From NCBI GenBank assembly GCA_043798935.1, contig JAZDOC010000005.1, positions 1 through 60,230 of the forward strand: a stretch of DNA of 60,230 nucleotides, written 5' to 3'. Below, piece after piece: positions 1 through 10,633 of this stretch. The translations under genes were made by a program, and so were the position numbers. Every line of letters starts with the position of its first letter. The stretch's first letter is position 1. The notes under the pieces are model-generated. The model had not been told where the DNA came from. It did not search any database and worked only from the letters and a program-made list of their open reading frames with translations. The stretch is from Patescibacteria group bacterium. GTDB lineage: Bacteria; Patescibacteriota; Patescibacteriia; UBA9570; JAHJKD01.

Positions 1-447
1 AAATTTTTTAATGGTCCATTCGTTGTCTACACTAGCTACGACGATATCGTTGTTTTTAGGATCTCTGCCTTTTTCAACAATTACTAAATCACCCGGATGC
101 AGACCGGCGTTAATCATGGAAGTGCCTGAAACTTTTAATAAAAAGCTGGCTTGTTTATTGGAAATTAAATAATCATCCAGGCTGATGGCGTCGGATAATT
201 CTTCTTCGGCTGATGATGGAAACCCGGCCTGAACATCGCCTAAAATTTTAATACCGAATAATTTCTGAGTTGCAGATAATTTTCCAAATTTATTTTTAAT
301 AATATACTCTGCTTCTATTAGCTTATTAATTATTTTATGAATAGAATTTTTTGATTTTAAACCAAATAACCCCAGCATTTCTTGATATGAAGGCAAACGC
401 TTGTTATCAATATAAAATTTTCTTATTTTTTCAAGTTTTGTTTTCAT
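1..447 (-). CDS. lexA: LexA-like S24 peptidase/repressor; C-terminus is cut by the window edge
   Basis: Manual translation from ATG at 447: MKTKLEKIRKFYIDNKRLPSYQEM...LKVSGTSMINAGLHPGDLVIVEKGRDPKNNDIVVASVDNEWTIKKF. It has an N-terminal winged-helix-like part and the G-x-SM catalytic Ser motif. The frame stays open to position 1. Confidence 0.75.
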   Translation of the reverse strand, partial: MKTKLEKIRKFYIDNKRLPSYQEMLGLFGLKSKNSIHKIINKLIEAEYIIKNKFGKLSATQKLFGIKILGDVQAGFPSSAEEELSDAISLDDYLISNKQASFLLKVSGTSMINAGLHPGDLVIVEKGRDPKNNDIVVASVDNEWTIKKF

Positions 448-515
448 ATATTTTATATAATGAATTCTGAGTGATTTTTTTGAAGAAAAAATTGTATCGA
501 AGAATTCATGAATAC

Positions 516-545
516 ATTATATGTGAACGATTGTTCACTTGTCAA
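516..545 (-). promoter_or_regulatory. Sigma70-type promoter (TTGACA-18-TATAAT) with a GAAC-N4-GTTC SOS (Cheo-type) box in the spacer
   Basis: Minus strand reads TTGACA (545-540), AGTGAACAATCGTTCAC, TATAAT (521-516). The palindrome GTGAAC-GATT-GTTCAC lies at 523-538, about 70 nt upstream of the lexA ATG. Confidence 0.6.
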
Positions 546-584
546 GCCAAACAAAATAAATGTGCATATCTTGCCATGCTATGG

Positions 585-1592
585 TTAATGACCAGCGGTG
601 ATAGATTTTAAGACCTCAGTACGGACAAAAGTAAAATTAACGGTAACATTATTTTGTAAACGTTCAGATAAATATGAAGAAAATTTATCTATTTCGCTTT
701 GGCTTATTTTTTCAGCTGAATAAAGGTTTCCGGAAATTATATATGAATCTTGACTTTTAATAACTGCTAGATTATGCAATTCTTCGGTGGTAAAAGTTTT
801 TTCAAAAATATCTTTAGTTATTGTTTTAGCGCTAGCTAAATCAATTATATTGATGGTTAAAAATATTAAAGGTATGCAAATAATAATAAAACAAATTATA
901 GAATAGATGATAGTTTCTTTACGATGCTTAACGGCTAATTCATTAGTGGGACCGGAAAATTTAGTTAGCAAAAAAATAATCATTGATGATAGCAATATAG
1001 CGATAAAATTGGTAATAAATAATAAAAGCGCACCGCCAGCTAAATCTACCCTTCCGTTTCCGAGTAAAATCCCCACTGTGCATAATGGCGGTACCAAAGC
1101 CACGGCAATAGCTACGCCAAAAATAGTTGGCGATCTTCGACTATAAATACAAGCAAAAGCCCCGCCAAAGCCGGCCGTAAGGGCAATAATTAAATCGATA
1201 ATATTTGGTTCGGTTCGTAAAACCACTTGACTGCTTAATTCATATAATGGATAAAACATGCCCAATAAAAATGAAATTGCTAGCACTCCAACAAGAGTAA
1301 TGATTAACGTATAAATATTATTTTTAATGCTTGTTGGTCGCCAATGAATAACGGCCATAGATAATGATAGTAACGGCCAAATTAATGGAGCGATTAACAT
1401 ACCACCAATTACCACAACCGCATTATCAGCAATTAGACCGGCTGTAATAATAATGGTTGAAATAACCACCATTACATAAAAGGATGCTGTTCCCGAAGCA
1501 TTTTCTTTGATCTTTTTTTCAACTAACTCTCTTTCGTCGTGAGAAAGTCGATTAAAAATATGAATAGATTTTCCATTGATGGCAATTTTCAT
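585..1592 (-). CDS. DUF389-family integral membrane protein
   Basis: 335-aa ORF with multiple hydrophobic helices and a DUF389-like N-terminal region (VMVVISTIIITAGLIADNAVVVIGGMLIAPL). Confidence 0.55.
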   Translation of the reverse strand: MKIAINGKSIHIFNRLSHDERELVEKKIKENASGTASFYVMVVISTIIITAGLIADNAVVVIGGMLIAPLIWPLLSLSMAVIHWRPTSIKNNIYTLIITLVGVLAISFLLGMFYPLYELSSQVVLRTEPNIIDLIIALTAGFGGAFACIYSRRSPTIFGVAIAVALVPPLCTVGILLGNGRVDLAGGALLLFITNFIAILLSSMIIFLLTKFSGPTNELAVKHRKETIIYSIICFIIICIPLIFLTINIIDLASAKTITKDIFEKTFTTEELHNLAVIKSQDSYIISGNLYSAEKISQSEIDKFSSYLSERLQNNVTVNFTFVRTEVLKSITAGH

Positions 1593-1595
1593 AAT

Positions 1596-2150
1596 TTAGG
1601 CGCGGGATGCATAAGCGCCGGTTTCAGTGTTTATTCTTATAACATCACCTTTATTAATAAATAATGGAACATCTACTTCGGCGCCCGTTTCGATGGTAAC
1701 TTTTTTTGAAGCATTACCGGCCGTATCACCTTTTATTCCTGGAGGCGCATCCGTAACAGTAAAATCCATTTTAGGCGGCAATTCAATATTAAATAAAGTA
1801 TCTTTCATAAAATAGCCGTCTACTTTGCATTCTTCTTTTAAATATTTGCCGTAATCGCCAATCACTTCTTTATTTATTTGGTACTGCTCATAATTATCGT
1901 CCATGAAAAAGAAAAATTGTTCATCGCCATAGAGAAATTGTAATTTTCGACGTGATACGTCAGGATCTTCAAATTGATCAATTGGGCGAAAAGTTTCTTC
2001 TAGCACTTTACCATTTTTTAAATTTTTCAATTTAGTACGAATGAACGCACCTCCTTTGCCAGGCTTTACATGTTGGAAGCCAACAATCACCCACGGATCA
2101 CCTTTGTACAGCAATGCCAATCCATTCTTAAAATCTGATGAAGTTAACAT
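1596..2150 (-). CDS. efp: Elongation factor P
   Basis: 184 aa. The N-terminus, F.NG......G....V..FQHVKPGKGGAFIRTKLKNL, is the classic EF-P signature. Confidence 0.95.
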   Translation of the reverse strand: MLTSSDFKNGLALLYKGDPWVIVGFQHVKPGKGGAFIRTKLKNLKNGKVLEETFRPIDQFEDPDVSRRKLQFLYGDEQFFFFMDDNYEQYQINKEVIGDYGKYLKEECKVDGYFMKDTLFNIELPPKMDFTVTDAPPGIKGDTAGNASKKVTIETGAEVDVPLFINKGDVIRINTETGAYASRA

Positions 2151-2182
2151 AAATTTTGTTTAACAATAATTATTTATTAAAA

Positions 2183-3613
2183 TTAATTTTCGATTTTTTG
2201 CGGTAGACTAAAATAAAAAGTCGAGCCGGAATTTTCTTGAGTTATAAAATTTATTTCCCCGCCTAACAATTCTACCACTTTTTTAACAAAATATAAACCC
2301 AAACCTGTGCCACTCAATTCTTTTTTAATAATATTTGAAGCCCGATATAATTTGGTAAATATTTTATTTCGTTCGGTTTCTGGAATACCATAGCCATGAT
2401 CGATAACCGAAAATTTTATTTTATTATTCTCGATATTAATACGTAATTCTATATCTGTGTTTTTTGGAGAATATTTAATTGCATTGTCTAATAAATCAGA
2501 TATTATTTCTTTGAGTAAATTAGGATCAGTAAAAACTTCAAACAATTCTGGTTCTATGTTTAAATTGTAATTAATGTTTTTCTCTTTTAAACGATGCTCA
2601 ATTTCAGAATAAATTTCGACACATAAATTTTTTAAATCCACGGCTCGAAAATGAGCTTTTATCCCGTTCGCATCAAGTTTAAAAATTTTAAGCAAATCGT
2701 TGACTAAATTGATCATTCGCTGATTAGTAACGCATAATTTTTGTAAAGTATTTTGAAAAGCGACGTTAATTTCACCGTAATCCCCCTCTTTAAGCATGTG
2801 CATACACCATTTTGATGCTGATAATGGCGTTCTTAACTGGTGCGAAGCTAAAGCGATAAAATCAGATTTTTCTTGATCAATCTCTTGTAAAATTCTTAGC
2901 TCTTTGCGACGTTGTCGAATTAGGAAAAAAACTATAAATAAACTTAATATCAAAACTGCAATTAAAATAAAAAAACCAAAAAAACTTCTCTCTTGCAAAC
3001 GATAATAATCATCAGCGCCTATATCGACACCTAAAATCGCAACTACATCTCCCTGACTATTAAAAATCGGGGCATAACCAGATATTAATTTTCCCCATTG
3101 ATCAACGGTAATCTTATTATCTGTTGTCGGCTCATTAAACGCCATTTTCATAAATGGCATGTTTGAAATATTATATTTATCACCTGGTAGAGATGTTTTT
3201 TCTGATGCTTCCAGCATGCCATCACGATTAATATCTAACTCTTTTCGCGAATCCAGAGCATCGGCATCAACAATAAATTCTAAAATATTTTCATCATCAG
3301 TTTTTCGCATTATATAAACATATCGAATATCAGGATTGCGCAATCGAATCGCTTCTAAATAATCTACCAGATCAATGAATACTGGTTTATTTATATCACT
3401 TGGTGTATGGATTTCATTTAAGTTATCGCCGTCAATTTTTATCGTCGCCGTACGAGCAATGGTAACTAAATATTTTTTTAAATTATCAGCATGAAAATCA
3501 GTTAAATTTCGATAAAAAATCCAGGCAACAAGCATGGAAAACAAAATAAACAAAATAACACTTATTACTTCAATATCGATAAATATTCGATTACGCGATA
3601 ACTTATTTTCCAT
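2183..3613 (-). CDS. Sensor histidine kinase with an extracytoplasmic sensor domain; no cognate response regulator adjacent
   Basis: Two TM segments flank a roughly 190-aa loop. H-box: FIALASHQLRTPLS. HATPase_c N, G1 and G2 boxes: DNAIKYS, DHGYGIP, GTGLGLY. Confidence 0.85.
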   Translation of the reverse strand: MENKLSRNRIFIDIEVISVILFILFSMLVAWIFYRNLTDFHADNLKKYLVTIARTATIKIDGDNLNEIHTPSDINKPVFIDLVDYLEAIRLRNPDIRYVYIMRKTDDENILEFIVDADALDSRKELDINRDGMLEASEKTSLPGDKYNISNMPFMKMAFNEPTTDNKITVDQWGKLISGYAPIFNSQGDVVAILGVDIGADDYYRLQERSFFGFFILIAVLILSLFIVFFLIRQRRKELRILQEIDQEKSDFIALASHQLRTPLSASKWCMHMLKEGDYGEINVAFQNTLQKLCVTNQRMINLVNDLLKIFKLDANGIKAHFRAVDLKNLCVEIYSEIEHRLKEKNINYNLNIEPELFEVFTDPNLLKEIISDLLDNAIKYSPKNTDIELRINIENNKIKFSVIDHGYGIPETERNKIFTKLYRASNIIKKELSGTGLGLYFVKKVVELLGGEINFITQENSGSTFYFSLPQKIEN

Positions 3614-3646
3614 ATAATTTTGCGCCTATATCTTATTAAAAAATGT

Positions 3647-6019
3647 TTAATCTGTCCAGTAGTCGATAACTGGAATATTTCCTGAATATTCTTTGGCTGA
3701 AAAAGCGCGCATAGATTTATCATATTGCCCGTCAAAATTCATAACCTTCACTTCGTAAAAGCCCGGGGCCATTTGGCCAATTGGCACATTTACAGCTATA
3801 TTAGTTGCAGACTGAACATAAGTTTTGGCTTCATAAGAGCCAAAAAAAGTTCGAGTGCCATAGCGGAAATTATTGCCGGTTATTAATATCATGGCATAAC
3901 CTGTTGGGTAATCGCTGTATTTTAAAGACATGGGTTCACAACCATTAAATTCCGGTGCCGGCTCGGTATATAGAGCTTCTCCTTTTATATTAATTTTTCT
4001 AATTACATCATTAAATTCATCAGCCACAAAAAGATAATTTTTCTTGGCTACGATACCAGCCGGATTATTAAACTCGGTTTCTTTTCGAGATCCATCTTCA
4101 TAACCCAGCGATCCACTGCCGGAAACTAATTTACTTATATTTGTTTCCAGATCCATCACTCTAATTTTTTGGCTTCCAGCTTCACTTACATAGAGTTTTT
4201 TATTTTTCCAAGTAATACTAATTGGATAAGAAAATTTGTTATTTGCAAAAGTACCATCAACATAACCAGCCACACCATCTCCGGCTAAAGTTGTTACTTT
4301 GCCATCACGAATTCTTATTTTTCTTATCGCCTGATTATTACGATCAGCAACATATAAAAAAGTTCCTTTAGCATTAATAGCTATAGCAAAAGGAGCATTG
4401 AATTTTGCATTTTTTTTCTTTCCGTTCGCAAACCCGGCCACGCCAGCCATACCGGCAATCAGTTTGGTTTGGCCACGCTTTTTTCCTTTAAGGTAAACTT
4501 TTCGAATGACCTGGTTACTGGAATCTGTAATATATAAATATTTGTTTTTAGGATCAATGGCCATGCCAGTAGGATGATTAAAATAAGCACATTCGGAAAC
4601 ACCAGTTTTGAATTCATTAGCACATGCCGTTCCTTCTTGATAACCGTTATCATCACTTCCTAAAGTAGTTATTAAACCGGCCCCGGTTAAATACCCAACT
4701 TTTTTATTTTTCACGTCTACTACTCGAATTCGATTATTATATCGATCAGCCACATATAAATATTTACCGCCCGAAGTAAAAGCCATACCTCGCGGATCAC
4801 TGAATCTGGCGCTACTGCCACTATACCACGCCTCATCATTAGCCGCATAATTATCCACGACATTACCGACAAATTCTTGAACCTTTTTATTTTTTGTGTT
4901 TAAACGACTAATTTTATTATTTTGCACAAAATAAATATACTTACTATTCCGTGGATACTGTACCATGGTTCTGGGGCGACCCAATAGAGCACCGGCTCCA
5001 GCTTCATCACCATAGCGATTTTTACCGGCAAACTTTTCTTTATCAGTAGCATCATTTATATTATAACGATAAATAAAACCAATGCCCGTACTGGCTACAT
5101 AAAGATTATTATTGTATAAAGCTAAACCGCCAGGAAAATTAATGTAATTCATGTTCTTATCTTCAGCAAAAACAGTGGTTTGGCAGTTACTGTTCAAATT
5201 AATTTTTATTAAATATCCTATGCCTCTATTTAACTCACTATCGTCTACTAATGCTCCAGTACCGTCAGAAATAAATATTTCGTTTTCGTTTACTACGGCC
5301 ACTCCCCAAATATCTTTGAATTTACTAGACAAACAGTCACCAGTTTTATTTCCCGATGTACTTGATCCGGCAATGATTTGTGTTTGACCATTGCTTAAAT
5401 TAACTTTTACCAAATTATAATTTCCCGAATCAACAATGTAAGCATAGCCATTATAAATATCCATTTTTTTAGGACTGTGCAAAGAAGAAGTGATGGTATT
5501 TAAATTCGAGCCATCTAACGACACGCTTTTTAAAGCATTATTACCAGTATCTAAAAAATAAACTTTATTATTATAAATTTCTACTCCTTCCGGAGCATTT
5601 AAGCTGTCAACCAATGTACTAACAATTCCACCACTGATTTTTTTAATTTTGTTATTATTCGTATCGGCCACTACTACATTGCCGTTATCATCACAACCTA
5701 CGCCCTTAGGATAGGCAAATTCAGCGTTTGTACGCACTCCTACTTCATCACCATAAGAACCTGTACCGGCCGCAGTACTGACAATACTATTTTTATTTAT
5801 CTTCCTTATAACATGATTGTAGGTATCAGCAATATAAAATGCTCCACCACTAGTTACACAAACGTCTTCGGGAAAATCAAAATAAGCATTAGTGGCTATT
5901 TTACCATCGCCGGAATAAACTTCTCCAACAAAAGTTGCAGTATCGCCATAAGTCGCCCAAATGGCAAATGGCATAAAGAGAAAGCTGATAGCTAGTAATA
6001 ATATTTTTTTATTTGCCAT
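3647..6019 (-). CDS. Secreted NHL-repeat (six-bladed beta-propeller type) protein with a C-terminal IPT/TIG-like domain
   Basis: Signal peptide, followed by many repeats of the type Y(V/I)AD..N..IRK(I/V). 790 aa. Confidence 0.7.
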   Translation of the reverse strand: MANKKILLLAISFLFMPFAIWATYGDTATFVGEVYSGDGKIATNAYFDFPEDVCVTSGGAFYIADTYNHVIRKINKNSIVSTAAGTGSYGDEVGVRTNAEFAYPKGVGCDDNGNVVVADTNNNKIKKISGGIVSTLVDSLNAPEGVEIYNNKVYFLDTGNNALKSVSLDGSNLNTITSSLHSPKKMDIYNGYAYIVDSGNYNLVKVNLSNGQTQIIAGSSTSGNKTGDCLSSKFKDIWGVAVVNENEIFISDGTGALVDDSELNRGIGYLIKINLNSNCQTTVFAEDKNMNYINFPGGLALYNNNLYVASTGIGFIYRYNINDATDKEKFAGKNRYGDEAGAGALLGRPRTMVQYPRNSKYIYFVQNNKISRLNTKNKKVQEFVGNVVDNYAANDEAWYSGSSARFSDPRGMAFTSGGKYLYVADRYNNRIRVVDVKNKKVGYLTGAGLITTLGSDDNGYQEGTACANEFKTGVSECAYFNHPTGMAIDPKNKYLYITDSSNQVIRKVYLKGKKRGQTKLIAGMAGVAGFANGKKKNAKFNAPFAIAINAKGTFLYVADRNNQAIRKIRIRDGKVTTLAGDGVAGYVDGTFANNKFSYPISITWKNKKLYVSEAGSQKIRVMDLETNISKLVSGSGSLGYEDGSRKETEFNNPAGIVAKKNYLFVADEFNDVIRKINIKGEALYTEPAPEFNGCEPMSLKYSDYPTGYAMILITGNNFRYGTRTFFGSYEAKTYVQSATNIAVNVPIGQMAPGFYEVKVMNFDGQYDKSMRAFSAKEYSGNIPVIDYWTD

Positions 6020-6032
6020 GAATTTATATTAT

Positions 6033-7073
6033 TTAAAAATCTAAAGTAAATTCGCCACTACCTTTACCCATTGCAATCCACGGGCCATGAGATGTTTTTC
6101 CGATAAAAACTCTTACTTCTTCATCAATACCCCTACTGTAACCACCGGAATTAGTACTACCTAGCTCTCTTATAGTTACACTTTTAATGTTGCTATTTAC
6201 GGCACAGGGAAATTTAACTACTAAATATCCACCGACGCCCCCAAGCGATACAAATCCCAAATCCGACGCTCCCAGCGCTTCATCAGCATGATAATTAAAA
6301 TTAGTATTATCAACGCCACCATTAATTATGCGATAGCGAACCAGCTCATTAGCATAGTGATAGCTATTATCATCTTGGATTATTCGAATGGAATCAATAT
6401 CAGCACCCGGTGTTTTAACATCTAGATGCTCGGTAGTTAAATCTCTAATTTTCATGAAATAATTTACAGTATCGGTTCGTACATTTTTTTTAGCAGTCCA
6501 TTTGCTCCATAAATCACCATTATAAGCACGCACTCGAATTTGATACGGGCTATTAACTACTAAATCTTTGATAATTTTTTTGGTGTCATTTACGACTGAA
6601 TAACTACTAATAATTTCACCGTTTTCCAATAACTGAACTTCATACTGGGTAATTGTGCCTTTTGGTTTATTCCAACGATAAACGAACTGGTCGGCTTGTT
6701 TTTTTCTGATTCTGGGTTTTTGCGGACGAGCCGGCTTGGTAGTGTATGTATAATAATCCGACCATGAGCTATAAGTTGCCCCATTTACAGCTCGTACTCG
6801 AAATTTATATGTTGTATTTGATTTACTGACTAATTTTCCGGCTTTGCGCTTATTTTTTGTAGTATTAAATATTTTAATTAATTCTCCATTTTTATCTGTC
6901 AGCTCAACTTCATAGCCAGTAGCATCAGCAACATTATCCCAATGCAATTGAGCTGAAGAAGCATAGATATTATTAACTGTTAGATTTTCCGGCATACTTA
7001 GATCGTCAGCTAAAATTGTAAGTGGTGATAAGCATAGTGCCAAACTAACAAAAAATAAAATTTTATTTTTCAT
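6033..7073 (-). CDS. Secreted protein with two fibronectin type III domains
   Basis: Signal peptide plus two FN3-like units (L.W..V..ATGYEV ... Y.FRVRA). Confidence 0.65.
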   Translation of the reverse strand: MKNKILFFVSLALCLSPLTILADDLSMPENLTVNNIYASSAQLHWDNVADATGYEVELTDKNGELIKIFNTTKNKRKAGKLVSKSNTTYKFRVRAVNGATYSSWSDYYTYTTKPARPQKPRIRKKQADQFVYRWNKPKGTITQYEVQLLENGEIISSYSVVNDTKKIIKDLVVNSPYQIRVRAYNGDLWSKWTAKKNVRTDTVNYFMKIRDLTTEHLDVKTPGADIDSIRIIQDDNSYHYANELVRYRIINGGVDNTNFNYHADEALGASDLGFVSLGGVGGYLVVKFPCAVNSNIKSVTIRELGSTNSGGYSRGIDEEVRVFIGKTSHGPWIAMGKGSGEFTLDF

Positions 7074-7082
7074 AATAATTGT

Positions 7083-7763
7083 TTAATATATTAAAGTACC
7101 TTTAAATTTTTGCTCTTTAAAATAATTCTCTAAATTTTTTAAATCTTTACCATTCATAATACCAACTTGGATATTCTTTTTTTCAGCTAAGCGCGAGGCA
7201 ATCGGATCAAAAGGCATGTTTAACCCCGGGTCCCAAACGTTACCAACAATTTTTCTAAATTCAGCCCAAGTAATTTTTTCTATTTTTTGAGCGTCTTTAT
7301 ATTTATGCGGATCTTTATTATAAGCATAAGCAATGTTAGACAAGTTTAATACCATCTCAATTTTATTAACGACGGCAATTTTAACCGCATCAAAATCTGT
7401 GGACCAACCCGGCTTCCAACCACCGGCCAATACAATGGGTTTTTTGAATTTAATTTTTTTTGTCGGAATTTGAATAATTTTTGAATCAGCTAGATCGTTA
7501 AAAATAAAACACAATAACTTAGCATTTAAATGTGACGCGGAAATACCCAGCCAATCCATTTGCGTTTTTGATATATTACTAACCTGTTTACCAGCTGTTT
7601 GATACTCGCGGGCAATTTTTCCGCCACCCGTAAATATTATAAAATTAAATTTCTTAGTATAACGTAAAATTAAATCCTTAAATTTTTTTAAAAAATTAAT
7701 GTCGATTTTATCAGGCACTATTAAAGATCCGCCCAATGAAATAATAATTGTTTTTTTCTTCAT
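7083..7763 (-). CDS. pyrH: UMP kinase, archaeal-type (amino-acid kinase family)
   Basis: 226 aa. IISLGGSL ... FTGGGKIAREY ... GGWKPGWSTD resembles archaeal/putative uridylate kinase. Confidence 0.7.
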   Translation of the reverse strand: MKKKTIIISLGGSLIVPDKIDINFLKKFKDLILRYTKKFNFIIFTGGGKIAREYQTAGKQVSNISKTQMDWLGISASHLNAKLLCFIFNDLADSKIIQIPTKKIKFKKPIVLAGGWKPGWSTDFDAVKIAVVNKIEMVLNLSNIAYAYNKDPHKYKDAQKIEKITWAEFRKIVGNVWDPGLNMPFDPIASRLAEKKNIQVGIMNGKDLKNLENYFKEQKFKGTLIY

Positions 7764-7778
7764 AGATACTTTAAAAAT

Positions 7779-8798
7779 TTATTTATAATATTTATTTTTT
7801 TTAGCTAAATGCTCATCGTAGGTACGGCTATAAACAATATCACCGCCTGGCGTGTTTAAGAAATACATATAATCGCTTTCGGTAGGATGAACTACAGCAT
7901 TAATTGCATCTAAACCAGGATTGCAAATTGGACCTGGTGGTAAATCTGAATATTTATAAGTATTATATAAAGATTCTTGATCTAAATCTTGACTATTCGG
8001 CCGATCAGTCTTTTTACCAGTAATATAGTTAATAGTGGCATCAGATTGAAGCCTTTGCCTAATGGCTAGACGATTTAAAAATATTCCGGCCACCATATTT
8101 TTATCATCTTTAGTGCGTGCTTCTTTTTCCACAATACTGGCCAGAGTAATCACATCAAAAAGCTTCATATTACTAGCCACAACAGCATTTTGTAAATCAG
8201 TGTTATATTTAGCATTGAAATTATCGAGCATTTTTTCAATAATTTCTTCGGGCTTTGCATCCTGATAAATACGGTAAGTATCTGGAAATAAAAAGCCTTC
8301 AATACCGGTGTTTAATGGCTTACCATTTAAAAAATCATAATATTTATTGGGTAAATATATGCGTGTATCAATAGAATCGACAAGATCTAAGAATTCTTTT
8401 CTAAAAACTATACTATTTTCCTCAAGTAATGCACTCATTTCATTGGCGGTCCAGCCTTCTAAAAATGTTAGAGTGAGTTCTTCCCGTGCATCTGGAGAGT
8501 TTGTGATATGAGATACAATTTTTTGAATATTAACCTGCTTAAAAATATATTCACCGGGTTGAATTTTACTGGATTTATTATTAATAAATAAATAAGCTTT
8601 AAAAATTAGCTCACTTTTTATTAAATCAGTATCTTTAAACTCTTTAGCTATTTCACCAACTCCTTGTCCATCGGAAATTATAATAGTTACATCTTCCTGA
8701 TTGGATGAAGAAATTGAAATGCCCACAAAATAGGCTGTTATACTTAAACCAAATATGAGAATCGTTATTAAGAATAAAAAAATTAATGCTTTTTTCAT
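7779..8798 (-). CDS. mltG: Endolytic murein transglycosylase MltG (YceG-like)
   Basis: N-terminal TM. Motifs: ASIVEKEA, LQSDATINY, YNTY...LPPGPICNPG. Confidence 0.9.
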   Translation of the reverse strand: MKKALIFLFLITILIFGLSITAYFVGISISSSNQEDVTIIISDGQGVGEIAKEFKDTDLIKSELIFKAYLFINNKSSKIQPGEYIFKQVNIQKIVSHITNSPDAREELTLTFLEGWTANEMSALLEENSIVFRKEFLDLVDSIDTRIYLPNKYYDFLNGKPLNTGIEGFLFPDTYRIYQDAKPEEIIEKMLDNFNAKYNTDLQNAVVASNMKLFDVITLASIVEKEARTKDDKNMVAGIFLNRLAIRQRLQSDATINYITGKKTDRPNSQDLDQESLYNTYKYSDLPPGPICNPGLDAINAVVHPTESDYMYFLNTPGGDIVYSRTYDEHLAKKNKYYK

Positions 8799-9863
8799 TT
8801 ATAAATATTTATTTTTTTTATCTTCCTTTAACATATCAACTATTTTTTTAACTTGGGGTGAGCTATATTTATCACAGACTAATAGCGCGTCATCGGTTTC
8901 AACAATAATAATATTTTCCAAACCGATAGTGGCAATTAATTTATCTGTTTCCGAATAAACTAAAGTATTTTTTGTGTCCAAACCGATATGATTCGCTTTT
9001 ATTATATTATCGGCTTCTTGTAAACTTAATTGTTCTTTTAATCTGGCCCAATCACCAATATCGTTCCAGCCGATATCAGCCGGGATGGCTAAAATATTTG
9101 ACGCTTTTTCTATAATGGCATAATCGACAGCAATTTTTTCTAGCTCCGGATATATTTTTTCTAAAATGTTTTTTTCTTGATCAGTGCCGATAACATTTTT
9201 AATCTCCATTAATTTTCCGTACATATCTGGTAAATATTTTGCATATAAATCTAAAATTGTATCGACTCGCCAGATAAACATGTTGGCATTCCATAAATAA
9301 TTGCCGGCTTCAACAAATTCTATTGCTTTATCAACATTGGGTTTTTCATGAAAAGATTTTACAGTATAAACTTCGGGCACCACAGTTTCATTTAACTCAA
9401 TATAACCGAAGCCCGTATCCGGATATTTTGGTTTTATACCCAAACATAAAATATTTTGTGGATTGGCTTGAATAGTTTTTTCACCTAATTTTAAAAGTCT
9501 AACAAACTCGGCTTCATTTTTAATGGCATGGTCAGACCCTAAACTGGCCACTATGGCTTTGGGATCAGCCTGACTGATATAAATAGACTCTAAACCAATG
9601 GCAGCGGCCGTATCACGCCGAGCCGGTTCAATAATTAGATTATTTTCGATAACTGCGCCTAAATCTTTTCGAATAACTCTTTCGCTATTAATGTTTCCGG
9701 AAACAAAAATGTCTTGCGGTGCACAAACCTTTAGTGCTTTTTCAATGGCCTCCTGCAACATGGTTTTGGATGAAAGCAAAGCATGAAGTTGTTTGGGTTT
9801 ATTTTCTCTAGAGATTGGCCATAAGCGGGTTCCTACACCGCCGGCGCGAATTACAATTTTCAT
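8799..9863 (-). CDS. Mannose-1-phosphate guanylyltransferase-like nucleotidyltransferase
   Basis: RAGGVGTRLWPISRENKPKQ N-terminal NTP-transferase motif, 354 aa. Confidence 0.8.
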   Translation of the reverse strand: MKIVIRAGGVGTRLWPISRENKPKQLHALLSSKTMLQEAIEKALKVCAPQDIFVSGNINSERVIRKDLGAVIENNLIIEPARRDTAAAIGLESIYISQADPKAIVASLGSDHAIKNEAEFVRLLKLGEKTIQANPQNILCLGIKPKYPDTGFGYIELNETVVPEVYTVKSFHEKPNVDKAIEFVEAGNYLWNANMFIWRVDTILDLYAKYLPDMYGKLMEIKNVIGTDQEKNILEKIYPELEKIAVDYAIIEKASNILAIPADIGWNDIGDWARLKEQLSLQEADNIIKANHIGLDTKNTLVYSETDKLIATIGLENIIIVETDDALLVCDKYSSPQVKKIVDMLKEDKKNKYL

Positions 9864-10633
9864 TTAATTAATAAGTAAATAATTAGTACGACGGCCAGTG
9901 CAAATCGATAATAAGCAAAAGCGCGTAATGAATATTTTTCTAAAAATTTCAATAAAAATTTAATAGAAATAATGCCTACCACAAAAGAAGTAATTATACC
10001 TACTGCAATATAAAGCCACTGCTCCGGAGCAATGCCGATTTGCGATAAATCCCAGCTTTTTTTTAAAGTGGCACCGGCAAAAATCGGCAAGCCAATTAGA
10101 AACGAAAAACGAGCGGCTTGCTCTCTTTTTAATCCGCTAGCCATACCCGCATAAATGGTAATTCCAGAGCGAGACGTTCCGGGAATTAAAGCCAAAATTT
10201 GAAAAAAACCTATCTTTAAAGCTGACTTTACATTAATATCGATCATGGTTTTTTCTGTTGAGACTCGCTTTTCTATGAGGATGAACAAAACGCCTACTAT
10301 AATTAATGTGGCAACAATGATCCAAATGTTTCGTAAATATAAATCTATAATATCTTCTAAAAATAGGCCTGCTATGCCGGCTGGCACTGCGGCAACGATA
10401 ATTATAGCCATGAAACGTTGTTGATGACGGCAATAATTAATAATATCTTTACCAAAAAAGATTAACAAGGCTAAAAAAGTTCCGGCGTGTAAGGCAACAT
10501 CGAAAGCTATGTCTGATACTAAATTGAATGATAAGATATTATGTAGTATAATTAAATGACCTGAAGAAGAAACAGGTAAGAATTCAGTAATTCCTTGTAT
10601 GATTCCAAATATAATTGAATATAATATTTCCAT
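9860..10633 (-). CDS. uppP: Undecaprenyl-diphosphatase (BacA/UppP)
   Basis: GIIQGITEFLPVSSSGHL and PGTSRSG motifs. I place the start at the internal Met (MEILYS...) rather than at ORF-track coordinate 10738. Confidence 0.9.
   Translation of the reverse strand: MEILYSIIFGIIQGITEFLPVSSSGHLIILHNILSFNLVSDIAFDVALHAGTFLALLIFFGKDIINYCRHQQRFMAIIIVAAVPAGIAGLFLEDIIDLYLRNIWIIVATLIIVGVLFILIEKRVSTEKTMIDINVKSALKIGFFQILALIPGTSRSGITIYAGMASGLKREQAARFSFLIGLPIFAGATLKKSWDLSQIGIAPEQWLYIAVGIITSFVVGIISIKFLLKFLEKYSLRAFAYYRFALAVVLIIYLLIK

Noticed and set aside
459-509. Inverted repeat ATGAATTC...GAATTCAT in the lexA 5' UTR.
   Set aside because: Each arm carries an EcoRI-type palindrome (GAATTC), and the arms are separated by 34 nt of A/T-rich sequence. 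I could assign it no specific function, and this may be chance.
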